Shown here in pieces: positions 38,720 to 51,824 of a DNA stretch of 64,000 nucleotides. The position numbers were made by a program, and so were the translations under genes. Each line of letters starts with the position of its first letter. Within the stretch, counting starts at the first letter, position 1. Source of the stretch: Camelus dromedarius (lineage: Eukaryota); NCBI RefSeq assembly GCF_036321535.1, contig NC_087437.1, positions 73,596,001-73,660,000 on the forward strand, written 5' to 3'. The notes beneath the pieces were generated by a model. The model saw only the letters and a program-made list of their open reading frames with translations, ran no database searches and had not been told where the DNA came from.

Positions 38720-38875
38720 GATGGAATCCATCAGAGAGCCTTTAGAAATCATCTGGTCCAGTGTTTTCCATTTGCACACGAGAATACTGAGGTTACTGAT
38801 CTGCCAAGTCAACCCAGTGAATGTGAGAGTTGAACTCTAATTTGGGACTCCAGTGGTATTTGTTACTCTGTTACA
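38720..38875 (-). mobile_element. MIR/MIR3 fragment
   Basis: ctttagaaatcatctggtcca...catttgcacacgagaatactgagg. Confidence 0.5.
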
Positions 38876-39809
38876 CTTTTAGGGTGTATCTATTTTTCAC
38901 AGGGTTAAAATAAGAGATTCAGGCTTGGGATGCTGGAAACTCAAACAGAAAGCATATCTCTGAAATGCAGTTACTGGAAGACCTTTAGATTATTACGATG
39001 ACTGAGGCAATGTAATGGACAGCACTGTGGTGACTTACAATCTACAAAATAGGGAAAGACATTCAAAAGAATTGCAGGGAGTTCTGTAAAATCAAGCACC
39101 ATAAAAATACTTATTCATATTTTAGTGAGAGTTATATAAATATTTTGATGGGTAGAATATAATCAAATTAAGGAGATAAAGATACTTCATTTTGTGCTCT
39201 TTTTAAAAATAAAAATTGAATCCAGGAAAAGTAAAACACAAACACTTTTTGTTACTAAAGTATTTCATTAGAATAGTTCAAACTGCCAAAGAGAAACTTA
39301 ATTACAGAAAAAGAAACTGATAGCAAAATGCCATGGCCCTTAAAAATGTATTTCTAAATCATAAACATTGAAAATATTCATTGAAAGGAATTTTTATTGG
39401 CAGCAAGAGCTATAGGACTTTTTCTCAGTGTTTCTGGAAGATTTTTAATTAGATGTAAACAGAAATTACTCTTCCCTTTGCTTTAAATAGCTCTAATACT
39501 TGCACATCTGAGTGGATGGAAGGAGGCAATACTGTCATCATGATATCAGACGGCAGAATAGTAGGGGCATAGGCTAGGGGTTGGGTGAGTTAAGTGGTGG
39601 GAGCTAGAATGAAGGACCATCATCATGTATTTGGAAAGACAGTCTGACCTTGTTTTAGCTGGGAGAATCCAGAGGTCTGCAAGAGAGGCTGAGATAAAAT
39701 GTGAACAGAAGTAGACTGCATTTCTGTATATGTTTAGGGGCAAGATTTTCTTTTGTAAGCATCCTGAAAGCCTGTAGATGTGAATGTTAGCAATAGCTGC
39801 CTTGGAAAA

Positions 39810-40300
39810 CATTATTTTAATTATAAAAGTTCATGCTCACCATATGAAATTAGAAAATTTGGAAAAACTTAAAGAAAATCCAAAATCACTTATAATCCAA
39901 TCACTCAAAAATTATCTCCATTTACATTTTAGCATGTTTTCTTTGCAAATACAACTTAATGTGACTGAGAACAAAATCTATGTAGAGTTTCTGGTATCAT
40001 TCTTTATGAGATTTAGCAAATATTTATCAATAGTTTTACTTTAAAAGCATGCTTCATTTTACCATGTGGATGTATCTACATTTATTTAGCTACTTAGTTT
40101 GCATTCAGTTTTTTGCTCTTGTGAATAGAACTGCAGTAAGTCTTTTGACTGCATCTCTGGTGGTTTCCTTAGGATACTTTGCTAGGACTGGAAATACTGG
40201 GTGAAAGGATGTAAATATTTTTGAGGGTCTTGGTAGGTGTTGCCCAGCTGCCTCTCCTGACAGGTAATATCAATTAATTCCTACAGCAGCATGTGAAAAG
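39810..40300 (-). mobile_element. Ancient L1 (L1ME-like) 3' fragment
   Basis: ttcagttttttgct, tttccttaggata...ggaaatactgggtgaaagg, cagcagcatgtgaaa. Confidence 0.6.
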
Positions 40301-40484
40301 TCAGCCAACTTAGGTAATTGTAAAAAAGAAGTAATCTACACAAAATTGAGCCAGGTGTGGGCAGAGTGGTACAGACACTTCAAGAAAGATGGAGGCTGGA
40401 AACAGCAGCACAGGGGTGGGCATCAGGATTGTGCTTAGCTGTGTTTGCGTTTCCAAATCTTGGAAGCTCAGGGAAAGGTTTTTC

Positions 40485-41322
40485 TTTTTTTTTTTTTTTT
40501 TTAACTTTTTATTTTGAAATAATTATAGATTCACAGGAAGTTGCAAAGGAGTATAGGGAAGAGCAGTGTATGCTTCACCGTTTCCCCTCAGTGGTGACTT
40601 CTACATAGTCACAGTACAATACCTAAGCCCAGAATCGGACATCCATGTAATATGTGTGTGTAGTTCTATGTCATTTACCACGTGTTGACTCCATAACCAC
40701 CACCACCGTCAAGGGAGAGAACTACCCCATCACCACAGAGGCTTCCATTGTGCTGCCCCTTTAAAGTCACTCTCACCCCCAACCACTCCTAACCCCCGAC
40801 AGCACGAATGTGTTTCACTTCTCTGTAATTTAATCTCAAAAGTGCTCTATAAATGGAATCATACAGTATGTAACTTTTTGAGATTTTTTTTTTTAAACTT
40901 GTCATAATGCCCTTGAGATCTATCCAAGTTGTTGCCTGAGTCAATTGTTCATTCCTTTCCATTGCTGAGTAGTATTCCTGGGTGTAGATATACCACTGTT
41001 TGTTTAACCATTCACTTTTGGAAGGACACTTTGGTTGTTTCCATTTTTTTGGCTATTACAAATAAAACTGCCACGAACTATCATGGAGAGGTTTTTGTGT
41101 GAACATGTGTTCATTTCTCTGGGACAAATGCCTGAGAGTGCACTGACTATATAGTATGGTAACTGCAGGTTTAGTTTTTAAAGAAACTATCAAAGCATTT
41201 TCCATCATGGCCGTTATCAGTTACAACCCCATTAGCAAAGTATGAGAGATCCAGTTTCTCTGTATCCTGGTCAGCATTTTTTACTGTCACAGTTTAAAAA
41301 TTTTAGCTATTTTCATAGATGT
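40485..41322 (-). mobile_element. L1 3' fragment (L1MC-like)
   Basis: Poly(T), then ttttattttgaaataattatagattcacaggaagttgcaaa; tataaatggaatcatacagtatg; possible TSD ggaaaggttttt/ggaaagtttttt. Confidence 0.9.
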
Positions 41323-41329
41323 GGAAAGT

Positions 41330-41464
41330 TTTTTTTAACAAAATAGATGCTTGGGCCCTACCCTAGTCCGACATTTGAATCAGAACATCTGGAGAAATTG
41401 GGTATCTCCATTTAAAAATTCTCTTCAGAGGGCTCTAATATGTGGCTGGTATTGAGCATCACTG
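41330..41464 (+). mobile_element. MER5B-like MITE (right part)
   Basis: agatgcttgggccctaccc...tgaatcagaacatctgg...tctaatatgtggc...ttgagcatcactg. Confidence 0.7.
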
Positions 41465-41472
41465 AACTAGAG

Positions 41473-41661
41473 CAGTGGTTCTCAAAGACTGGTCTCTGGT
41501 CCTACAGCACCAGCGTCACCTGGGAGCTTGTTAGAAATGCAGATTCCCAAGCCCCACCCGAGACCTACAGAATCGGAAACTCTGGGGGTGGGGGTCTGGA
41601 GGTCTATTTTAACAAGTCCTCATGGGTGATTCTGAGGCACGCTAGTGTATGAGAACCACTG
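41473..41661 (+). mobile_element. hAT-Charlie MITE MER5A
   Basis: TIRs cagtggttctca / tgagaaccactg; cacctgggagcttgttagaaatgcagattc; 189 bp. Confidence 0.93.
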
Positions 41662-44344
41662 ACCTATAAGGTAAAAACAAGAATGAGGCGTCTTGGCAGA
41701 AAACATCCTCAAATTTAAAAGAAGCTGCAATCAAGTCATAGGGGGTAGACTTGTTGATGGTAGATAATAGCTGTCTGGGATGGGGAGATTGGGGGTTAAA
41801 GGAAACAGGGAGGAATAACTGTCCTTGGTCTTTAAAAAAAAAAAAAAGGCCGGGGTCTCGGTTTAGGCAGTGGCCCTGGGAACAAATGACAAACACTTAG
41901 ATCTCTGAGGAGCAGCTGCCTGGATTGCTCGTGAGATGTCCGGAAGGGTCTTCTTTAGCATGGGTTACTTTGCATTATTTTAATCTGGGGAACTGAACTT
42001 ACTTCAAATAATGTTTAGCTGCAAATAACTTCAAAAATCCTAACAACTTTTATTTTACATGTAGATTGGTGTCTACAATTAATGTAGATTTGTGTAAATA
42101 CACTAATACTTGCTCAGAACAATTATGGACAAAAGTGAAGAAATTGGGGGATGATCAGACGAAAGGAGTAAAGGGTTCCAGGGGCCATATCTTACTTGGA
42201 AAAAAATCTGGCTCAACGTGTGGTCACTGAACAGTCTTGTACAAGTATATCCCCTCTGCTTCCTTGTCTGTAAAATGGGAGTGCCTGAGTCTGGCTATGG
42301 TGGGAGTCATGGGTCACCCACTGGCCTTTAACAGCAAGTTTTGTTTATACGCTCCCGAGGCTGCCTAATACCTGTATTGTCATCTGGACTATTTGGTTAT
42401 ATTTACACTGTGTAGTTTGTTAAGCACTGAACGTGATTTCCTTGCTAAAACATGTTTGTAATGATTCAGATAGAAACTTACTTGGATGTAAAATTATTCC
42501 CATGTGGACATATAGCTTTCCTTAGTGTTTCTATGTAAACTCCAAAAATACTGTGATTTTGTTTGGCTACTTTTAGCTGCAGAGAAGGTCAGTTACGTTT
42601 AACAATGTATCTCCAACACCTGTAACAATTACTGGGCCATAGTAATATGTGTCTAATATATATTTGCTAATTATTGAATGAACAAAAGGCATGCCAGGCA
42701 ATGTTTCTTAGGTAACAGAGTTTACCTCTGATTGAGTACAAATTTGAAGTTAAATATTATTTTAATTGGAGTGATCTGTTGCAGTTAGATCTCTATCTTC
42801 CCCTATAACATGACACTATAGCTGGACTTTCAAGTACCTCCTATCAGTTATTATTAACAGAGAGTCTTTGGAAGCTTCTGCTTTCCTGATCCATAAAAAA
42901 GATGGAGAGGATAGAGCTGTGGTTTGCTTAGCACTAAAGCTGTTACATGGCCGATGTTCTGGAACTGAGGTGAGCTGTAGGGTTGCCTGTGGGGATACCT
43001 AGTTGCAGTTTGCTTCATTGCCTCTTAGCTGTTGGAAGGAACATTATTCTCTAGTTAGACCAAGGAAGTTGCAAAAGGCCAAATGTCTTCCTAAGAGTGA
43101 AGGGGAAGACAGCTGCCCATGCTACTCCCAGTCCTGGAGCCAGGACTGAACTTTGAAAGCAGCTGGAATCTGAACCTTGAGTGAAGTCTCCCTAGGATAG
43201 GTGTGCTCCTGCTGTTACGCCCTGAAGAGGCTCACAGACTTCATCCATCATCAGAAAGAACCCAATGTTCTTTATGATTGACTAGGATCCAAAGCAGGGT
43301 GCAAAGCATTTTTTATTCTTTATTGAGAAACAAATATTTCTTGTTTGCACAAACTTCTCACAGGTACTGGAAATCCCCTCTCGTTTTTATTTCTGTCCTC
43401 TTTTTCTACTTAATCCAGGTGCAATGCCCCGTGCTCCATCTGTCAAGCTCTGTTTCACCTTGATCCTCGTATTTCTCAAAATGGACAACATAGACAAAGA
43501 AACACATCATCTCGCTAATTAATATCCATCAACTCTCATAGAAAAATTTCTATGAATTATTGAGTTTAAAGACCCCTCCCCACCAGGGGGGAGACTAGGG
43601 TGGGACAAAAGGCTGAAGCAGGCAGATACCTGTGAAAACCGTCTCCTTCTCTTTGGCAGATTGACTGAGATTTTCTTCATGTCCTCATAGTAGTTTGTCA
43701 TTGCCTTGGTGTCACTTCTGATCCCATCAAATCTTAATGACCACTCTAGTTTCATGCTGTGCGGAAATGAAAGATAATTTCATCTGTCTTTTTAAACATG
43801 CCTCTCATAGAGGCAGTTATTTTTTAAACCGCACTCCTAGCACTAAATTTACCCACCAACACGTTCATTACCTATGACCACTTAACAGGGATTTGTTAAT
43901 AACAGTAAACAACCACTTGTCAGGCCAAGAATGGGGCACTGAATAGATCAATACTTGCAGGGGTTCTCATGAGCATGCAGGGAGAGGAGGGCTGTGGCAG
44001 ACCCCTGGGAGCCTCTAACATCACTATGTCACAATTTGTCTTTCCCTGGAAGCAGATGAGATTAACTGCCTGAGAGCATTGTCATTATTCTTAAGTGAGT
44101 TATTGTACAGATCTATGCAGTAGGCTGTTTGCAGGAAAGAACCAAGATACCAGAGTAAATGTTTAAAAAATGAGGTTTCCAGAAACTGAGCTCTTAGGAG
44201 TTCACTGACTTTCTCAGAAGAGGAAAATTACGCTAATATGGGCTGTTTATTAGGTATTTGTTTTAAGTTAAGCTTTCTTTAGTGTTACTATGTAAGCTAA
44301 ATATTATGTATCTTTTGTCTTTAAAAGTATAGACAACATGTACA

Positions 44345-44830
44345 TGTGTGAAGGATACTGTTGGTTTCTACCTAGTTTCATTCTTTCTTCTTTCTAAGTG
44401 AATTCTTAAAAAAATCATTTCTAGATGTTTACCTCTTCCTCAAACAGCCATGTACCTCTGGAAAAGCTGATCGCCATTCCAGCTTTGGTAGTGAAGTCAT
44501 TGGATTAAGGATAGTCCTAGTGACTCTTTGAGGAATGGGTTCATGAACCGACTTTGGCCAGTGAAGTGTGGGGACGGTTCTTCTCGGAGGATCTGGAAAG
44601 AATTTTCCTCATCTCTAAGAAATTCCACAGAAGAAAAACTATCTCTGAACATTGTCATGTCTGGATATTTCCCTGAAACTGCTCTGTGGTTGCCATGCTG
44701 CTCTATCTAAGGACAGAGCCAGCTATCCTGTTGGATAGTTGTGGGTGGCTGAACTGAGAAGAGGAAAGAACCATCCTCCAAACTGCTGAATCAACCCATC
44801 CTGAAATCAAATCAACTGTTGTGAAAGACT
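44345..44830 (+). mobile_element. Old MaLR LTR (MLT1K/L-like)
   Basis: tgtgaaggatactgttgg, tttggccagtgaagtgtg, tctggaaagaattttcctc, gttgccatgctg. Confidence 0.55.
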
Positions 44831-45982
44831 TTAAGGTCCAAACATTTGGACATTTGTTGAGTTCTTTTTTTTTCCCTTGGCTATTTATGCAAGAAAAATA
44901 AGAAATGTTTTGTTTCTATAGCATTCTTCATGCTTTTTTTTTTTTTTAAATAACTGTGCTTTGCAAAATAAATACTTATCCCTTGAATACTCATGAAGAT
45001 CTGGAAAAAGACATCAGGGATACAGTGTTTGCTGAATTTGATTGAAGTTGACAGAAGGAACGCATTGTCTAACTTCTTGTCCTAAACCAGAGACTACCTT
45101 TATGTTTCATCCCACTGCTTAAGCCTCAGAACATTTAACTGAGTTACTCTCTTTCCTGACTCACACATGTCTCGCTTAGCTGAGTCTCTTGCTCTGTTCA
45201 TATAGCACCTTCCTCTTTTACTCTTCCATTCACTTTCCTGTAACATCCTTCTTCTCTCAGCTATTTGCAGGTAGGTCAGCTCCCCATTTCATCTTTGAAG
45301 TCATTTTGGAAATTATCATTTCTTAAATTGCGGTCCATTCTCTATGCTTGAATATAATTGTAAAATATTCAAAGTGTTATTACAAAGGATACATTTTCAT
45401 GAAAATTTTCTGATATAATTAAAAATTTTAATATATTATAAACTATGCATATTAGTTCTTAAATAGTTTGTATCCATAGATTTAGTTTCATCTCATTTTA
45501 TAGAAAATATAAGATGCTCTAAATTTTGAAATTAACATTTTCAAAGAATAGTAAATATTTTTGGCCAGGTTGTAGTTAAGCATAGTTTTAATTTCTGTTC
45601 CTTAGAAATTGATGGAAATAATTACAAAAAAATTTAATATATTTTAAATGATTGCTTTTATTAGGGATGCTAGTGGAAGTGTAAGGGTGGCAAAATGTCT
45701 AATTTTTTCAAGTTCTAATTTTTTCATGTTTTATGGTATATTTTTTCCATTTATACATTTTTCTTCTGAAGAATTTAATTTAAAAATGTGTCATTTCAAT
45801 TCTCTAATATTTTAACTTCCACATAAAATTCTACATTTAGAAAAATATTTTTCTACTTGCAAAATGCTTAATGTAATTGAAAAGGAAGCCGAAACAACAT
45901 ATAGTACTTTAGAAAAAATCGTATTTTTTGCCAAACTCAAATGTACTTTAGCATTGAAGAATTTTGCAGTTTCAGTTTAAAC

Positions 45983-46031
45983 ATATAAACATATATATGT
46001 GTGTATATATATGTATGTATGTATGTATATA
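45983..46031. repeat. Compound TA/TG/TATG microsatellite
   Basis: atatatatgtgtgtatatatatgtatgtatgtatgtata. Confidence 0.8.
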
Positions 46032-46159
46032 AAACAACCCACATTATTTGAGCAGGTTCAAAATGAGTTGCCTCATCTTTAGTGGTTTCATGTTTTTCTT
46101 CCCCTACTTTAAAAAATGCTTAAATTGACTTCCTGGAAATTTACCCTATGCACCATTAA

Positions 46160-46370
46160 AAACGAGTTCTATAGTCAATCAAATTGGGAAAATGCCACAT
46201 ACTATTCCCCACTGATATTAATGATGCACATCATCATATGAAAAAATCAGAGAATCCCAGTAGTGAAGACATTTGTTTCATTCAGCCTTTAATCACAAGG
46301 CTGTTTCTTCCTGTCACAGCTGTGAACATCCCATGAAACTGATGTTTCATTTAACACACTTTGGGAGGTA
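46160..46370. mobile_element. hAT-Charlie remnant (MER112/113-like)
   Basis: gggaaaatgccacatactattcccc...atgcacat...tgtttcatttaacacactttggga. Confidence 0.55.
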
Positions 46371-47699
46371 TCACCCTAAATACGGCTTTGCATCAATCTA
46401 AAGAGTCACTGGAGCTTCTCTGGTTAAGAAAACATAACTTGTGTAGCCCTTGAATTGCTTTAATTTTTTTTTTTTTTTTTTAATGTTTTAACTGGGAGGT
46501 ACTGTCTTATGTTGTCATGGGAATCCTTGTTGACAAAGCAGGGCTGCGGAGCCGCAGCTGTTGTCCCAGCCCTGGAAATACTGAGCTCTGCTGGTGATGG
46601 AGTTCCTTTGACACAAGCTGCTAGTTTACTAGTTGCATTCCCATGTGAATGAAGTTACTGAATTCATATGGTAAGGAAGGGTGAGGTCTGTGTTTTCTTT
46701 TTACCTGTATCAATTTTTTTTTTTTCTGGCTGTTTCATGTATGGGGGCAGAGAATTGGCCAAATGATTAATATAAATTGAATGGTAATTATTTCAACAAA
46801 ACCAAGGGAATTTTCCCCTCAGGCCAGAGGTCGTTTAAAAGGTTTGGGTTTTTTCCCCTCACGTTGTTACACACAAAACATTCTAAGCTTGACTGGAGAT
46901 AGGAAACGAAGAACACAGTGCCACATGCTGACCTTCCTGCAGCCTTGAGATTCTGAAGATGGGCTGTGTGTTCACACGGGCTGTCACTGCGTGATCTATG
47001 GCTTGATAAAGAAAGAGTCTCTTCTCTGACCCCAGTTCCTTCAAGCCTGGAATGCCTCACATTAGAAATTTTGAATTGACTTATCAAGTTACCATTAACT
47101 TCCCACATACATAAGGGAAATGTTTCTCAACATATTTTACAAGACGTTTAAAATACTTAGGTGTTCATATTTTCTTTTTTCCATTCAAAACATATAATTC
47201 ATTTTGTTACTTAGCTTTCCATACTATTCTGATGTTGTCTAATCTCTTGTGAGAATTTTCCTTTTTAAGATTCAGCTTCCATAAGGGATACTATTAATGA
47301 GTTTTTTAGAGTTAAAATCACAGTGTGGCTGAAATCAGAGAAATTTTATAGAAATAGATAACTAAAGTAGCATTTTCTATTAGGATCCTAGGTGTCTGAT
47401 TTTTAGGGGTATTTCTGAAGTGAATCCAGTCAAAATAAAAAGTGTACTCCAGAGATTTAGTTTTCTGTTTTAACCTTTTCACCAAATTTTATCCTTAAAC
47501 TTAATGGCACAGAAAAAGAGATAGGAAATTGATTTTAAGGAGATAATTTACTTTTGTCTTTTTAATTTTGGAAATGTGATCATCATTTACTTATCCACTT
47601 ATTCACTGATTCACTGACTCTGAACTTTTATGGAGTACCTAACTTTCTCAAACAAAACCTCCACTGTAATTGGATAGGTATGTTACCTGTCTTGTGGCT

Positions 47700-48115
47700 T
47701 CAATACCTCACGATCCTGGGACTATGTCACTCATTTCTGCTCCTAAGGTTTTGTCTCCATTATTCTCTTGGGCTGTAAGTCCTTCCCTTTTACTCTCTGT
47801 CTATTTAAACTCTTATGTGTGATCCAAGGAGTAATTCCAATCCCATCTTCTTAGAAATTCTGCTCTGCCTCACTTACACACTTATTTCATAATTAATAAT
47901 TCCTCTAAACTCCCACAGCACTTCCGGAATGAGCCATATAATTTAGTACTTAATTACATATAGTCTCATATCATTTATCTATAAAAGATTTGTCTTCCTG
48001 GCTGCATCTTTACACTGTAAGGCCATAAACGCCAGGGGTTCCTATTCTTTAGAATCCTCCAAAGCTCCCCAAACACAGTAGATGTCCAATAAATGCACGT
48101 TTACTGATTTACTGA
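47700..48115 (+). mobile_element. LINE-2 3' fragment
   Basis: Pyrimidine-rich, ctcccacagcactt, ends cacagtagatgtccaataaatg. Confidence 0.55.
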
Positions 48116-48149
48116 TTTTTTTTCATTTGTTTGGGGGATACAATTCTGT

Positions 48150-48400
48150 TTAAGGGAATGGGCTATAGTATCAGACTATCTAGACTAAAATCTTAGCCCT
48201 GTCATTTACTGGCTGTGCCTTTGGGTAAATGGCTTAAATAAATTTCCTCATCTGTTAAGTGAGAGTAAAAGTAGACCCCTGCACACACCATGTAGGTTTG
48301 TTGTGAAAATTAAATGATACAGTGCATGTAAAATACATTAACACAGTAATGCCAGGAACTTGATAAGAACTCAGCGAATACCAGTTGTGTTATTACTAAT
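48150..48400 (+). mobile_element. MIR SINE
   Basis: catttactggctgtgcctttgggtaaat, tttcctcatctgttaagtgag, ttgtgaaaattaaatgata. Confidence 0.8.
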
Positions 48401-50539
48401 GCAGCTAAATCAATACTCTTCTTTTTCATCTGAAATGTAGCTGGAAAGAACATGACAAGAATCAGGAGTGGGGCTGGATAGATTAGGTAGAGGCAGGAAA
48501 TAGGAACTCATATAATCCTCATAAAGCCCTTGAATGTCTAATCCTGTCTTGACATCTGTTGCTCAGAGGACTCAAGTAGCACACCCACCTAATGGTTGTT
48601 TCAAAAAATATTGTTTACTTCCATTTACGTATTACATATGAATAGGTTCTTGTGCTTCAGCTTGGTTTCCTTATTTTTTCCTTTTTTTAAATTGAGGTAT
48701 TTCCATTATTTTGATTCAGAACATTCTGCCACTTATGTATTTATGTTTTAATACCTTTGTCAGCAATTATGTAATGAGACTTCAGTCAAATTATCCTTTA
48801 TGGGACTGAATAATCCATAATTAAAATTAATAGACTGAAGACCCATAAAAAAGTAATACTTTTTTCTTTTTTATGGGAAACAAATGGATTAAGAAATGCT
48901 AAATCATACCAAGATTTTATGCCCCCTGTCTTGTTATTCAGCAAGAGAATAGGACATGTGATGCTTGCAAAACTCTCATGAGAAGACCCCTATTGTCCAG
49001 AAATTCTGCTTATTTACAGCTTCATACTTCTATCAGAGAATAGAGAGGAGCTGCCCTGGAAAGTCTTAAATGAGGTTAGAAGTTGTGTTTGGATGTCAGA
49101 TTGAACTCACCTCATATGAGTTGAGGACTGTGGCTGGATATCACCTAAGGCTCATGACTCCTGTCACTGGGAGGTAAGAAAGGAGGGCAGATGACCTCTT
49201 CTCTTTGAAGCACCTACTCTTCATGCACAGGAGCTTGTCTGTGGGGTGCACCATTTTGCCCAAACAAGCTTATCAACTTAGGGATCTTGGACCTAGATGT
49301 TTGAAGTAAAGCTCATTGTCTTCAATTGAGGGCTGGAAGCAATGACAATATTATTTGAATGTCTTGTGTAGAGAGCAAAGGACTAAGAAAAAATCCGTTG
49401 GTCTTTGTCCCTGGGTAGCTTAAAACTTCTATTTGGTGGCATTTAAAAAAAATTACAGCAAATGCCTAGCTCAAACACTTCACTTTAGTAAGATTCCAGA
49501 ACACCTTGGTCTGTTGGGTTTTTCAGAGAATGAGCCCCTCAGCTCAGTCAGCAACCTTGTAAACACTACTCTTGAATACAAACACAGCCTGCTAGAAGAT
49601 TAGGATTTGGGAGGGGAAGTATGTGGTAGCATCCTCATAAATAATGTGACTATAAAGCTTTAGAAGTTGGAAGAGGAGGTAGAGTTCTCTCAAATGGTTT
49701 TGGAAAGTGTGTTTACTGTGTCCTTTTAGAAGGATCAGTTTTACTTATTCATGAACCATCCACAGAAGAGGTAGGTTGAGGTTGAAAAACTTACCTGTTT
49801 TGACAATTATATGACAAATGTATAATCCAGATTCTTTGATGATGTGGCAGTTGAGAAGTCTAGGAAGGGAGGATGTGTTTTTTTTTGGTTTTTTTTTAAA
49901 TTTTGGTTGCCAGTAACTAACAATAATGATGAACTTTAAACTTTACTTTAAATGATGAGCTGTTTATTTCTTAATGTGAAGCCTGAATGAGATGAAGTAG
50001 TAAGAATAAAATAAAAAGTATTCTCACAATCTCAATTGATTCTGTATGCAAATGTGTGTGTGTGTGTGTGCAAGGTACAAAATGCCTGTATTGTGGTCTG
50101 TGTTGCTTATTTCTGATCATCCTACCTCATGGTTTCTTTGCATCTGAAAGAATGATACTTGAAGAACTGGATTCTCTAAATTTCAGTAGGCTGTTCAAAA
50201 ACAGCTGCAACACCAACAAGAGAATGTATACACTTAACGTGGAGAGAATTGCAGGTTTATTTTGCCATACAATGTTCTGCATGAAGAAGATGCTCCACAA
50301 ACATTTGTCAACTGCCCAATTTGCCCAACATTTAAAAAAAAAACAAACTGTGAAGGCATAAAACAACCCTTAACCATTCCTGTGATCACATCTCTATCTT
50401 TTCATTTTACATTTTTTTCCTTTTGCAATACTGAAAATCTCTATCTGGCATTTGCACGTGTTTTTCTGTGAATTTTTGCAGATGGCACAGCAGTGTTACT
50501 GTAGGATATTAGAGGAGGAAGGGAGATCTTAGATCATCT

Positions 50540-50722
50540 AGTTTTCAAATCTGGCTTCTGTCTGCCGGCATTAATGTCACCTGGGAAACTTGTTGGAGAT
50601 GCAAATTCACAGGCCCTGCCCCAGACCACAAAATCAGAGACTTTGGGAGGTGAGTGCAATGATTGATATTTTAACACGTCCTCTGGATGATTCTGAGGCA
50701 CACTGAAATGTGAGAACCGCTG
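50540..50722 (+). mobile_element. MER5A-like MITE, nested in an antisense MIR remnant
   Basis: cacctgggaaacttgttggagatgcaaattc...gattctgaggcacactgaaatgtgagaaccgctg; flanks gatcttagatcatct and ttcattttacag are MIR-like. Confidence 0.85.
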
Positions 50723-51387
50723 ATCATATCCAATCCTTTCATTTTACAGTAACAGCATTGAGACTTGGACTACCTCAGCCCTTTTATCCTGTGCTTTCTC
50801 CAGACTTTCATTCACACTTGGCTTCAAGTACTGTCTATATGCTGCTGACTTCCATATCGGTATGTCTAGACTTCCTTAGACCCGTATCCAGCTGCTTACT
50901 TGACACCTGCACTCGAGTGTCACAAGTACCTCAGATTCACAGGTACAAACCCTGTATCTTCTCCAGTGTCATACATCTCAGCAAATGTGCATTCTTTTGC
51001 CCAGCTGTTCAAACCAGAAACCTGGGAATCCTCTTTCACACCTCTCCCTCACCCTCCTTTATGTAATTCATCAGAATATCAGTTCTATCTCTGAAATTGC
51101 TCAAAATAATTCTCTCTCCACCTCTATTGCTATGAGCCCAGTGCAAGCCATCATCATTCTCTCTTACTTTCTTAGTCCCTTATTCCTCTTTTGACCCTTC
51201 CAGTGCTTTTTATAGAGAGGAGCCAAAGTAATCTTTAAAAACTGGTCATGAAAGTTCCATTTAATAGCTTTACATTGTACTTAGGTTAACATCCCAAATC
51301 CTTCAGATTGTTTACTGATCCAGTGTCCCTGCCTAATCCATCTTCCAGTGCTTTTCCCCCCGCTCCCTCCGACTCCCTCTCTCCCCC

Positions 51388-51522
51388 TTTTTTTGTGGGA
51401 GAGGTTATTAGGCTTATTTTCTTTATTTGTATGTTTTATTTTAATGGAGGTCCTGGGGATTGAACCCAGGACCCCTTGCATGCTAAGGCATGCACTCTAC
51501 CACTGGAGCTACACCCTCTTCC
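51388..51522 (-). mobile_element. tRNA-derived SINE, camelid Vic-1-like
   Basis: ggaggtcctggggattgaacccaggacc...gcatgctaaggcatgcactctaccactggagctacaccctc. Confidence 0.92.
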
Positions 51523-51647
51523 TCCTTTTAATTCCCAAATATGGCAGGCTCTTTCCAGTGCTTTGACAAATATCATTCTTTGTGGCTTGAAAACTTTCCC
51601 CTCTACTCTTTACTGAGCCTCTTCCTGCCTTCCAATACCAGCTGAAA

Positions 51648-51824
51648 TCTGTGGTCCTCAATGCTGGCCGCAAATAATAATCACTTAGGTGAGATTTTAA
51701 TAAATAATGCTTACTGGACCTCATTCTTCAATTCACTTCCTTTGATCTGGTGTAGGGTTAGGCACTCACATTGATTTTAAAGCTCCTCCAGTTGATTTTA
51801 ATGTACAAAATTTAGAACTACCGG
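51648..51824 (+). mobile_element. MER5B-like MITE
   Basis: ctgtggtcctcaatgctggc...aatcacttagg...ttttaaagctcctccagttgattttaatgtaca...ttagaactaccg. Confidence 0.65.
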
